Assembly (NCBI RefSeq): GCF_021869535.1
Contig: NW_026262723.1
Span: forward strand, 51,770,001-51,834,000
Direction of reading: 5' to 3'
DNA: 64,000 nucleotides
Source: Mytilus californianus
Lineage: Eukaryota
Shown here: one piece after another, positions 49,101 to 62,559 of the stretch
Position numbering within the stretch: the stretch's first letter is position 1
How the letters are laid out: each line of letters begins with the position of its first letter
Program-made: the position numbers and the translations under genes
Notes under the pieces: model-generated
Told to the model about the DNA's origin: nothing
Seen by the model: only the letters and a program-made list of their open reading frames with translations
The model's database searches: none

Positions 49101-50812
49101 TGATTATTTTTGACTTTGGGTTTATGTCTCATTGATGTATACACCCTATTTTCACTTCAAGCTTTTAACAAATTATGATGAGGAGATGAGCTCCATAAAA
49201 GAGTTTTACATGTATTTGAAGATAATAGTAACCACACTTGTTGAGTTTTACCACTGTGATTACAGTAATAAATCTAATGTTTTACATAACATTTAAACTT
49301 TAACCAGACAGATTATGTTTGAATTAAAATAGTATATTATGGAGAAAGTGATACTTAATTTTTTTATGTGTAAATCTGGAGCCATGTCTAAAATGATTGG
49401 GGTATTACCATGATTACCTTGACCCACAGAAAAGTTACATTGACATGGAAATTGAATGAACTGTGTACTTCATTGATTTGACCTTTAATTTAAAGTCAAA
49501 TCAATTGATCTTTATACAGATTCAATGGACACAATATCTATTTAAACTTTTTTCTCCTGTGGTGAAAATATTCAGCTTTAAAAATGTTCTGAAATACAAC
49601 TGTCCATTTTCAGATGTTACAAGTTCAGTTTGCAATTTAGTTGGGAATTATCGTTTTGTAAGGGAAACAAGGACTTAGCACTCTTTTCCAGATGGTAAAG
49701 TGTTTTTGGTTTTTATAGTTTTTAGATAAAGCCATATTAAATACCTTATTAAATATCTATTTTGTTTACAGAAACTAACTGTACCATCTGCCCAGTTTAA
49801 CCACTTTTTTTTAACTGGCATGATTTAAATAATACATGCATAATTTAAATTGAAAATGTTCAGGTTATGAATTATGCAATTTTACTACAATGAAGGATTT
49901 GACAATGAAGGATTCAAATCCTTCAAGCTCAGATGACTTATGAAAGATTTGGCTTTACTGTTCAGGCCTTTATGGGTTTGAAGCTTCTGAAAATGGTAAA
50001 TATTTGGTGTCAAACACACCTACTGGTAATGAATATTATTCCAGGAATGTGCTGTGCATTATGCTTAGATAATAAGAACTTTTTTGGATGTTCACCTAAG
50101 GAAAAATTAAACCCCTGACGAAAGAAGTACCTGCACTGAGGATGGATTAAGGAATCTACATCCACATTAAGGTGAAGAAAATATACTGAAATTTAGACCT
50201 TCCAAAATATCCTTTTGATTGATAAACTCTTACATATAAATTATATCATTGGACAGTCTAAATTTCCTTATGATAGCTATAAACATAACAAAAAGGTATC
50301 TGTTAGCAAAAATTGAAATTAAGTGGGAGAGTTACAAGCAAGGATGGTTTGTTTCAAAGTATTTAATAACACATTTGAATAAATTAGTGCAAGATTAATG
50401 TCTATGTTTTTACATATAAAAAACCATTTGATAGGTAAATAAGTATGTAAAGGTAAAAAGTAAAGGCTAGGTTTGACCTAATTATGATTGCAAGATAAAA
50501 GGATTACCTTTAGGGTAGTTTCATTATCTTGTAAAGAAACAGGACGAGACATAGTAGATCACAATCTAAACAAATTACAGGAAATATACTTTTATGGTAA
50601 TGATACCCCTCAGTTAGAGTTAAATTTATTTTAATTTTTTGGGGAAAAAGTCTTGTGTAGGTTAATTATATCAGTCTTAGATCTGGAAGTTAAGCAGGAA
50701 ATAGTAAGTGACAAGAAAAAGGTATTTATTATCAGTAATTTCTTCATGAAAATAATCAACTATCTAATGATAAAAGAAATGCATAAATTAGAGCATGAAA
50801 TTTAAATAGAGT

Positions 50813-51160
50813 TTTAGTGAAACTGACCAGAAGTGTCAAGTGAGCTATTTATACCATTTGGCGGTCGTTATCTGTTAACTTTTACAAAAATCTTCTCCTC
50901 TAAAACTACAGGGCCAATTGAAACCAAAGTTGGCCACAATCATCATTGAGTTATCTAGTTTTAAAATGAGTTCGATGATCTTTTCTGCCAACCAACATAG
51001 CTGACTGGCTTAAATTAGAACATAGGGGTAAAATGCAAGTTTTGTCTATTCTCTTGAAATACAGTGATCTTCTCCACATTGTTGGAGAGTGGTCATTGTT
51101 GGAGATGCAGATAGATCCAAGTGAGTGACATAGGCTCCTGACTTTAGTGCCTCTAGTTTT
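50813..51160 (+). mobile_element. Decayed single-unit HINE
   Basis: CAAGTGAGCT leader, AACTTTTACAAAAATCTTCTCCTC core and GTGAGTGACATAGGCTC...GCCTCTAGTTT end. Confidence 0.65.
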
Positions 51161-51635
51161 AATATTTGATAGAAATTTAGTGTTAACATTTTGGTAACAA
51201 TAAATTAGAAGATGCTCTTAAAAATGAAATTTAAGAAATAGATTATGTACCAGTAAATCTTAAATGTTACCCCTCGAAATAAATGATGTCCAGTTAATGT
51301 TGGGATTACAAATAAATTGCATTACAATTTTATATGTAGTGTGGATAATTGAGTATATTCATTTATTGAAGATCACTGCTGTTTTTTATTCTTATGTGCT
51401 GTTTTGATTGATATTTACTCATATTTTAATTTGGAAAAAATGTTGATCAAGCTAATACATGTAGACTAATCAGTATTCAAAATAAGCATTCTCACACTGG
51501 GTATCGTGATACAATATCCGCAGAGGGATCCCAATCCGGAGGAGCAATTACAAGAAAAATAGAAACAGTAGGCATATAAAATCTGGAACCAATTCCCACA
51601 GAAGATTATGAGTAAAAATTTCTAAGGCATATAAC

Positions 51636-51997
51636 TTTTTGTCCCCCTTGTGACACGTTGTTGGGGACATAGAAATATCAGGTGACTGTCTGTCCTATCT
51701 TTTCAGCGCTCTCACATGTTCAATTCTTGCCAGATTTTTATAAAACTTATATCATAGGTTTATATCAGAAATGTTTTGGACCATTTCAAAATCAGTGCTG
51801 ATCAAATATTTTTGAGAGAGTTATGCCTCTTGAAAATATTACTTATATCGGAAATTTCATTTCATTTGCTTTCAAGCCTTCATTTCTCTAAGATATTTAT
51901 GAAAATTTTAAAGAACAAAAAAAATTATTTTTTAAGTTGTGGCCTTTGGACAGATGAAATATGTGCAACACAGGGAACATTGGAACTCTGTTCTTTT
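51636..51997 (+). mobile_element. HINE of the same family as 30391-31093, with fewer internal units
   Basis: Shared 5' (TTTTTGTCC...GGGGACATAGAAATA) and 3' (ACATTGGAACTCTGTTCTTTT) ends. Confidence 0.75.
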
Positions 51998-54773
51998 ATA
52001 AAGATGTGATTAAAATGAGTCAAAATTTTGAAACAATATTTCTGGATTTGTAAGCATGAAATTCTTCCTAAATTTTCATTTTTGACTTCTCCAAACACCA
52101 TGTTTTCAACCCAAAATGAAAAATTTGGCCAAATTTGTGAAAACTGAAGATACATGTATCTTTTCACTGAAAACAATGAAAATGACTGATGTTCGGTTTC
52201 GTAATTTTGATTTTTTTTTTCTAATGACCAATTTGAAATTGACTATAATCTCAGACTTGTAAATTTTGACTTTTATAGTTGAAATCCCAATTGTCGCCAC
52301 TAAAATGAAATTTTCTTGTCTTTCAAACCATGGATTACTTTCAAGATTAGACTTAATATCCTCTAGTGTTACGTAAATTTTCGCAAAAAACAAGAGATTT
52401 TGATATGACCAGTCATAGTTATTAGGTAACAACATTAAGTATTGTTGATTTAAGTAGTCTCTACTAGAAAGTTGACTTTTCCATTCCGGAATATTATACC
52501 ACCATTCTTGAGTGCGTCAATGTCATAACATGTGGAAGTATACTTGTATACAGGACATTGCATGCAATTACTTCTTGTTAACTTATTTAGTGAATGTGAT
52601 GATCTTTTAAAATCCAAATAAATACTTGTGTTAGTCCTGTAAAAAAAATAAGAAGATGAAATTAGTCTAAACAAATGATGCTGACTTTAATATTCTCAAT
52701 TTTTACTCTAGAAGAAATAAAAAAGTATTTCTTTGAGTCATTGGTTTTTCCAATGAATTTTGTGCTTATCCCTATAAGAAGTTGAAAGTATTCAAGTTCC
52801 TATCCCTTCACCTAACTACTTGTGTAAGCGTGCACTACTTTAAAAGTATACGGAAACCACCAAGTGTTTCCTATCCCCTCAAAGGTAGTATTTATAAACA
52901 AAAATTAATTTTATTTTCATTCATACATGATTTTTAAGGTATGTGTATATCAGTATACTTCTACAAAGAAATATTTAGGACTGATTTAATATTGGATGTT
53001 GTATGTGCTGTCTCCTTTTTGAAGATATTTTTACATTAATTTGTAGTGCTTGTAATTTTTTTTTTATTTCACCAAAATTAAAAGAAAAACCTGTTTATAT
53101 AACAAATAAGATGAAAGAAATTACGAAAATAAATAAGTTAAAAGACTTAAATTAAGATGTAATAAGTTGAATATCAATTCAGAATCAAGTTTTATATCAT
53201 TATTCCAGCAGAGAAGCTTTCAATATCATTGAATTACTGAACTCTTTTAAATGGCTATTATTTTCAGAAAAATAGAAATCTTATTTCTATTTCAATATCA
53301 ATTTAACAAGTGATTTAATTTAATATGATATTTAATAATTTTTGAAATAGATATTTGCTATGCCATTCAAATTATTGAACTCACAAAGTGCTAAATATAA
53401 GCCAATATGTGGCTTGCAGATTGCTCAGCTCTACATGTATCCGCATCAACTAACGCCCTTTTCAGGAAGTCCTTTTTGAAAGCCTGTGTTTGGTGTAAAT
53501 TATATTTTGATGAGAGTTACTTGGCTTGGCTTGTTTGCTGCTAAAATGAAGAGTATATGGTAAAAGATATAAGGCCTAAAATTGTTTATATCCTGAACTT
53601 ACAATCAAGTTTTGTTTGAAGTTAATTTAAGAGACCTTCTGAAGTTGTTAAGAAATCTTATAAAAATCAAACATTACTTGGAAATTGTTATAATATCAGA
53701 AAATAAATGCTTCTGGCTATATTGCCCTTCTTTGCAAAAAAACAGTATTACCACCCAGGAAAGGAAAAATGATATCAATCAGGGATTTCAAGGTCAAATT
53801 CAGACTTTCACAAACTACTTTCTGGAAAGGGCTACACTACAAGTACACTAAATGTTTTTATATTCATTTTCATTTCATATATTGCTTGATCAATATAAAG
53901 CTATTTTGGACTTTAATGCCAATTGAGAAAAAGTACAACATATGAGGCACATGTTAAAATTCTTCAAAATTAGGAAATTACAAGACATTAAACATTGGCT
54001 CAAAATTGCCATATAGAAAAATAATATGTACAATTCAGAATATGAAGTTAAACTTTCCAAAAGCTGTGAAAATTGAAAAATTTGGTTGATTTTATAGGGG
54101 TTTTGAATTGGTCTGACACTAAAATACAATCTAAAGGATGCACTTTGATTCACAAACGATGCCTCTTTTCGGGAGATAGTTAATATTCATAGATATTTTG
54201 TTTTGTTTGCCTACTGGTTACCAGATATAATCTCCATGTTTCATCTCATAGTGATACAACATGGGAATTTTACCAGTATAAATACAGTTGGGTTATATCA
54301 GCAGTTAAAATTGAATTCTCAGGAAGACTCAAAGTAAAGGGAGGGGAAGTACAGAATTTTAGTATAACTTTAAACTCTTAGAAGTTTGTGGCATATAAAA
54401 GTTGAAAATATGCCGCATAGCCCTATGTTTTGACCTTTGCAAAAAATTGTAGTGCATGTGAACTTTCCGGACATAATGGGATATGCATAGTAAATGTGAC
54501 ATAGTTTTAGCTGTAAATATTCTATTTCATTAACTTATAGTTTCAACTAATTGAATATTTTATTGCACTTACTCAGCTTTTAGTGAAACCGTTACATAAA
54601 GTTACATTCTGTGAGGGAAAATTATTACAAACCTTTGTTGATTGCTATTATTGGATGGCACCTTTTTGAAGTGATATTATTGCAAATCATTTAATACGAG
54701 GAATTATTGCACACTGTCTTGTTGTTAAGATCTTCAAAAAATATTATGTATTTAAACAAATAGATATTATTAC

Positions 54774-55575
54774 TTCAGTATCTATGACAAACGAGACGAT
54801 TTTAATTTTGAAATGATAAATTTCCCCAACCTTAGTAGCAATAAACCAACTTCACCTGCATATGGGATATATATTTACGAACTCATTCAGTATTCAAGAG
54901 CTTGCAGCTGCTACTCAGACTTTGTAATACGTCACCAGTGTCTGAGCAGAAAGGTAATGAACCAGGGTTATGTCAAAGAACGTCTTGTCCTTTTCCTAAA
55001 AAAGTTCATCAGAAGATACCAAGATCTTGTTGATAAATATTCCGTATCAACTTCACAAATAATACACTATGGTCTTGAAGTATAGATTCTAGGTACTGAC
55101 GTTGTTTATCATCTTATTTGTGTGTTGTAGTGTTCTTTTTATTTGTCTTTGTATATTTTTTAACCTTTACTGTTTAGTCCTTTTTTGGTAATATCCTTTT
55201 GGCGTGGCTTGGTATTTATACATCCCTCCATTGTGTTATTGTACTATGGTCATTTTTTTAATTCTTGTCTTTCATTTTTGCATATGTGTTTTGTCTATAG
55301 AGTGTCTATATGCCATTTTGTTTTAATTTATTGACATAGTTGTTTGTTTTTATAGTAATTAAGATTATAACACAATGTTGACTGCTGTACGCCCAGTGAG
55401 AGGTTTAGCTAGCTAAAAAACCATTTGCTACATAACGAAATGCCTGTACCAAGTCAGGAATATGACAGTTGTTTTCCATTCGTTTGATGTGTTTGAGCTT
55501 TTGAATTTGCCATTTGTTAAGGGAATTTACTTTTTGAATTTTCCTTGGAGTTCAGTATTTTTGTAATTTTACTTT
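54774..55575 (+). mobile_element. Second PLE family: RT C-terminal fragment plus 3' UTR
   Basis: IYDKRDDFNFEMINFPNLSSNKPTSPAYGIYIYELIQYSRAC...GLEV* (TAG 55083-55085) is homologous to YDKRDDFSFPIVNYPFLDGDVPLSPSYGVYISQLVRFARVC of the first element. The UTR has a decayed twister-like core. Confidence 0.85.
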
Positions 55576-56740
55576 ATTCAGTAAGAACAGACTCTCAGTG
55601 TTAGTAACATACAAATGTACTCTGTGACCATGCATCAGTAAAGTCTAGACTTAAAACCTTTGCACCATGTAATGATTCAAATAGTGGTTGTCATGCAGCT
55701 GAAATTTGGATATTGAAACCCTTGACAAATGCATTTTTGTTTTGATAATTAAAAGCTTAATTTTGGACAAATTCTTTGACCAAATAGTTGTGAATTCTTG
55801 ATTGTTCCTAACACTGAAACTTGATTCCTTGAAAGCAAAGAATATAAAAGCCTTACACATATGGTATGCTTGAAAATAGTATAATGCTATTAAATATTTA
55901 TTCAATAATTCTATTGGCTTTTCCCCTGAAAATTATAACATTCGGAAGATTATAAATTGATTTTGGTCCTTAAATAACAAATAATAGTTGGCATTAATAT
56001 ACATAGAAACATTTGCCGTATTTACCTTTTTGCTTGAATTATTAATAGGCATTATAATACTGTCCGGTGATGCGCAATATTCATAGTACTACGCTTTATT
56101 GTATGAAATAGACACATAGTAATTAAATTCATCTTCTCACTGCTTGATGTGTTTTGCATCTCTCCAAATAAGAACTGGAGATACTTTTAATCTTGATATA
56201 TAAATGTGTAGCTGGAATGTACTTTTTTACCTAAGGTAGGTATGCTTTCAACATTTTCCAAATGAGATTAGTTTAAAATATCCTTGCTTTTGGAAATTGG
56301 TCGGCCTAATATTGCAAGGACTTTACAATTGTTTTTTTGTTTAATCGAAGATAGTTGTTTTTGTGTGAAATATGATGTCCGCTAATCTGATGGAGCATAT
56401 ATACTGTAGCTTTTCTATGAGTGGAAATTTATTTTAAGATTGAATGCTTCTTTTTGTAATTTTATTGGGGTTTAAAAGTGTTAACCAATGCACATTTTGT
56501 ATGATAAGCACAGAAGCACTGCGCTTCATACTAAAAATATGTGCACGTCCAATACTTTTACAACCCTATAAAATAACAAAAAAGCATGCAATTCATATAG
56601 ATATAGTTTTTGTTTTTCTACAACTATGAAATAACCAGTTAAATCAAGCCTTTTGTTTGTTTTTTTCTATGCATTGTTTTAAAGTTGTCATGGATAGCAC
56701 GTTCAGTAATAGATATTGTATTTCATATAGAAATCAAATT

Positions 56741-57480
56741 TAAAGGAGCATTAGCTACGAGATATAAAAAAATATTAAAATATGATTTTGTTTGTTCAAT
56801 CATCATGATCATTAAAGTGAAATATTGAAATAATAATTCGCTATTAGCAGTCAGTTTGGTTCAGTTTTATCAAAATAAGGTAAGAAACATCACTGATGAA
56901 TTATTCACTTGCAAGTGAATAATTTGACCTTGTTGAATCCGTATTCATATGTGACCTTAAATTTAACCCCTTAGCTGGAGATGGATTATGCATGTATTCA
57001 GCTATTAAAAGGAAAAAAATGTCAACACAAGGATGAACCATTTGGTTGACTGATTCAATCCACAACATAAGTCATTCATTTACAGGTAAAAATGACCAAA
57101 ACATAATTTTTAACCTACAATATGAAATCAAACAGACCTAGAAAAATCCAATTGCACGTGGTCACTATCTATTTATATTTATATTTATGTTTATGTTTAT
57201 GTTGGGTTATATGACCATTGGCAGTCTTCGGAGGTCATATTAATGGTTAATTAGATGACGTCTAGACAAAAATACACACGAAATGCTGATACATATGATC
57301 AGTCCAGGTATTGTTAATTTGTTTATCTTAGACTTTTTGTAATTTAGATATACGTTTTATTATGTTATAACTCAAATTTGAGAATTTTAGTCAAATCGGT
57401 GATCATGAATTTGATAGCTAATCAAAATTACTGAATTGTATGAAACTTCTATGTACTATAATTATTCTGCTATTTTATGG
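56741..57480. mobile_element. Probable non-autonomous DNA transposon fragment starting TTAA|AGG
   Basis: TTAAAGGAGCATTAGCTACGAG start and internal palindrome ATTATTCACTTGCAAGTGAATAAT. The matching end was not found. Confidence 0.3.
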
Positions 57481-60460
57481 TGCGACCGAGTTTGCTGACT
57501 TACATGTTTCTGTTACTGTCATTCCTTTGCTGACACAATTAATTTTTTGTTGTAGTTGACAATTCCTTTTCAATAAATTAGGATGATACATAGAAGTTGT
57601 ATCTGTAACATAATAATGGTAACTCTTCTTATAATAACCATAGATATAATAGGCTATTATATCTATGTAATAACAAACACTTATATGCAAGGAGAATTAA
57701 CCGTCATGGTCCTAAATTGTCAATACTGTATTGCATTTCTTTTTTGTATGCTCATTCAATTATCTCCATGAAAAGCTTCATAAATGAGCTGTAAAGGAAT
57801 GATAGAGAAATTTTCAAATTTTACTTGTAGCTGGTGACACCATTTTTTCTTTTTATTTTCTTAAAAGCATAATTTAAAACCTATCTACTGGTATTCATAT
57901 CTAATTTCAAAAATTCTTTCTCATAGATTTTTATTCACAAATTTTTTTTTTTTCATGAACAATCTATGCAAATTTAGGCAAATTTGCATGACTTGTAGCT
58001 TGAAAAACAGCACGGTGACCCATACTTTTATTATATTTTTGAAAAAAGCATGGAAAAATCTACATTCTGGAAAAGTATAAGAAAATTCTATCTGAGGAAA
58101 AATATACCAATGATCCATCTTAAAGTTGTAGGATTGTGAAGTGTTCAAAACATTTTAACCTGGAAAATTGCAAAACAATTACTGATAATCACATGATAAC
58201 ACTCACTTTGAAGTCTGAATATGCCTAAAAATCATCTTGACTTTAGGACGTTACCGGGATATATTTAACTTGGCAAGTCGACTTGTCCTGATAATAATCT
58301 CGGCAAGTCGACATAAGATGTGATTAAGTTGACTTAACGCCAACTGTAAGCCAACTTGTTGAGATAATTATCTCGGTAAGTCAACTTAATTATCTCGGCA
58401 ACTCAGCTTCACAACGGCAGAAATAATCCTGCATACTTACTTAACATTATTTCTTTTAAGGGTTAAGTTGTTTCAATTATACAAAAAAGTATGTGTAAAA
58501 TCATGGAAGTATTATATTGACTTTTTACTTCCATGATGTAGATTAAAGAGAACTTCTTTGTTTAGAATGGGAACCAGTCAGCTAGACATGGAACCTGTTG
58601 TATGATATCTGTTGTTGGTTCCACTAACTGTCGAAAGGGAATAAATTAAATCTTCTGCATTATCATATGTCCCTTGACAGAACAAGAAAATCTATATTTA
58701 TTGGATATAACTACACTTCATTAACATCATACAAAATAATATTTCCTGCTTTTTCTCAATCTGGTTGAAATCTGCTGATTAAAAATTTTTTTTGCTTTGC
58801 CCTATATATTGCTTGGAGAAAAATCCTTAAATTGTCACATTTTCTACAATCCATATAATTTCTAACCTACTTCAACTTAAGAAAATGGAAAATGCCATAT
58901 GGAAAGTATGCAGTATCTTCAGACTAACATCATATTCAATCCTTCAGATTCAAATGAAATATTTTAAAAATCATATGGGAACTGCAACCTTTTATTGAAG
59001 ATAAAATACTATTGACAAAGACACAGTTTTCTTTAAAAATTTTATAATAACGTTAATTGAAAAAAATGAATTTGTGTTAATTGGTTAAAATGAACACGAA
59101 TCAAATCAGTCTTATGAATTTGACTCGGGGGATTCAGTGTAATTAGTTTCTGTAGGTATATACTAAAATAAAAAAAAAATCTAAATATTTTTTAAAGAAC
59201 ATACTTTTGGTTAGAAAATGCTCAATATTTTGAGTTTACCTGTGCCAAAGGTTGTATGCATTTTAAAAATTCTGTACACCCTGGGTGTAAATAGTTTAGC
59301 TGGGGTGGGTTGTTATTTACACCTGGGTAATTAACCAATCAGATTACAAGATTATTGAGGCATAAGAAATAAAAGAGCTTCTTCCTTGATGGATAGTTGT
59401 TTTCCAATATTTTGATTTAATTGTTGTCTCATGTTAATCCCCGTCTTGAATATGCATGAAATATTTGCTACTGGATGTTATGTAAAAACAATCTATTATC
59501 ATGTATATCACCTTATGATATTTTTTCCTGTTATACCTGCATTCCTTATTTACTTGATCAAACAAATGTTGGGGTTTTAATTTTGTCTGTTTCTAGATAG
59601 ATACTTAATCGTGAAATTTAAAACCTCAACAAAAATTAACCTTAAAAAAACATTGATTTCTCAAACTGAAACTACAAAAATTTATCCCCACAAAATCAAT
59701 TTTACCACAAAACTTTCACTCCCACGAAAAATAAAAGAAATGAGAAATCAAAAATCTATGAGAGTATTTTGATCTAACTTAAATATGCAGAATATACATA
59801 TCAACCAAATTAGATAGTTGAAGCTGTCTCTTTGAAAATCACATCATATTTGCATTAAGAGGAATAATTAATGGCAAACATTATTTGAGCTTGGATAAAC
59901 AGACATTGACTTTTGTAAACTTATAATACAATTGACAAGACTGCATTTGGTGTAAAAATTAAGCTTTCAAACCAAAAATGTGTAAAGCTGCATGTATATA
60001 ATGGGTTTCTTGCAGAAAGAACCAAAAATGATTTTTCTTTTATTTATTTAATTTATGCATGCTATTCATTTGCTTTTGTACATCATCATTTAATTTTAGC
60101 AGTGGTTGTGTTTTTTCTCAAGGTTTCTCTGGTTTTTTTTTTTGCTTTTGGTTCTTGCTTAGTATCATTGTTCTAAACTGATATTGCAAAAAAAGACAGT
60201 GAGTTGTCTAGACTAACTGACATTTGCCACAAAGATATTGTAAAAGTAACTGAATATTTATAAATGAACTTTTCCTGTAATGTAATGGGAGATAACTCTA
60301 GTTGTCTGAGATTAGTTGTTGGTTTCTACTGACCAGCATTAAAGACATATTGAGGTGGAAAAGAGTTGTTAAGGTTTCTACTGCCACTTGAAAGGGAGGG
60401 CATTTTTAGTTGTTATTCTTTAACACGTATAGAGTTTGACAATATATTTTCACTGGACAT

Positions 60461-60605
60461 CAGAGGTGGATTTAGAAGGGGGCAGGGTTCCCTTATGGAG
60501 CTACATTTATGTTTAATGTAGACTGTTGACCTGTTCCACTCCAAACATTGTCTAGTTTGGGGACCCCTGGGGACCCCCATTTTCAAAATCTTGGATCTGC
60601 ATCTG
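60461..60605. mobile_element. MITE of the CAGRGGCGGAT family with 5-bp TSD
   Basis: CAGAGGTGGATTTAG...TTGGATCTGCATCTG, with GACAT duplicated at 60456-60460 and 60606-60610. Confidence 0.75.
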
Positions 60606-62559
60606 GACATATATATTGAACGCATATTAATGCACCCTGTAAAAACAAAACTGAAACTCTTTTATGGAGGGTTATACAAAAGGACATTTAAGAGACTGTT
60701 CTTCTCCAGGGACCCTAAAATTTATATGAAGTGCATACGGATTAGTCAATTTTGCAAAATCAGTACTTTGCTAAAATTCATGTTTTGATCATGCAGTCAG
60801 TTTTAAATTTATATAGGCTTTTCATATTTAGTTTCTATATGATGAATTTATATTTTGTACTCAAAACACCTATGATGAATATTAATTAGCATTGATTTCC
60901 ATACCCATCCTATCTCTTTGATATTGACTGCACCTATTACCTCAGGACCTTCTATGTACCAGTAATGTCTATTCCAGCTATGTTAATTCCACAGTCAGTA
61001 AAGGTTAATACAATAAAATGTATAGATTTATTGCTAGAAGGGGAAGGAAGCTTGTAATGGAACAAATAATATAAAGTTTACCGATCAGTTGCCAGATTAC
61101 ATAATTTGATCAACAGTTAGGCCAGAATTATATTATTTGCTTCAAATTTTTATTTCATTTACAGTAATGTTCATTATCACTATTTTGTGTATTTTTCCTT
61201 TGGCCTTTTAGTGATAATTTTTCATATCATGCTACTTGCTTGAGATAGAAAATTATCGTAAGAAACTAAGGGCGCATGTGACGTTGTCAATGTAAACATC
61301 AACAACATCATAGGCAAAATAGCGATAAACAGATTGACAATGATCTTTCCAACTCTGGATGTTTCTCTGCCACATCTCATCCCTGAAATGTCACCCTTTG
61401 ATGAGATTGAAGGTGAGGAACACCCTCTGGTTTCAAAAACCATGATAATCTATAATTATTTGTCATCTGACAATATAATAGAAAAACAAAGGATATGGCA
61501 GTTTATGGAATAAACTCATTCCTCTTTTCTTAAAATATAAACTTTGAGTTCAGCTCAATTAGTTTAATTATCGCCCTGATATGTAAGAATATCATGCAAA
61601 TGAAATGCTGTTAATTTGGATATTTTAATTTCTGATTTCAGAACAATGTAAAAGCTGTCTGTTATATATTATGTTGCAGACTAGTATAATTTGAAAAAAA
61701 CCTCTCCATCAATATAAAGACAATTTGTGTTTGAAAAGAGATTTAAAATGAATGAATGGGATATAAGAAAATGAGGAAAGTCATAAAAAGTTTTAATTCA
61801 TCCTGAAAACCTGTGTAAAAGGGAATATAGGCTGGAAAATCTGAGAATTAAAGTGTAGTGGCCTTACTATCAATTTCATTCATAAAACTTCTGTATAAGT
61901 GTGGGTGGTTGGAATGTTTGCTTTTGAATTGCATGCAACCACAATTGTATAAATTTAGCACTTGGAGATTTCATGTCAAATAAAAAAGATTAGCAATACA
62001 TTTTATGGCATTGATTTCTCATAGGTAAATCTGTTAATTTATTAAAATACCTGATAGTTATGATGAAAGGTTTTATGAGTATTGAGTCTCAACATTGGGA
62101 ATATTGAATTCTTGTGATCCTTTGACTGTATCGATGTTTTCCAGAGGCAAAGTTAAGATGATGTGGGGCAAATGTCAATAACAAGAAAGCAACCCAAGAC
62201 CACAAATAACCAAAAATCATCTACATGTCAACATAAAGTCTGTAACAAAAGACAGGTGTCTATAAAATATGTCTTAATAAGCTATCAGTATGTACAGATT
62301 TCAACATGATTATAGAATAAAAGATAATAGTTTTTTTTCACTCAACCTGGACTCATTTTTCTGACTCAGAGATGACCAAAAACAATTTGGGTCCATTTCT
62401 ATTTAAATTTGAAAATATGAATACATGTTTAAGAGATTTGTAGGGTTAAATGTTAACAAAATAGCAACCAGCCAACACTAATTCACTACATAATAAACTT
62501 TTATGACATCTTTACACTAAAGCCATTGAATGTGTGCTGATTGATATTTTGTCTTTGAA

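Noticed and set aside
56890-56935. CTGATGA followed by a perfect hairpin (hammerhead stem II-like)
   Set aside because: It is not followed by GAAA, and stems I and III are absent.
61270-61455. A frame with six TGA codons (M-U-RCQCKH...P-U-NVTL-U-U-D-U-R-U-G), resembling a selenoprotein P tail
   Set aside because: TAA lies three codons upstream, no SECIS was seen nearby, and the TGA cluster is explained by the GATGAGATTGAAGGTGAG (DEIEGE) composition in another frame.
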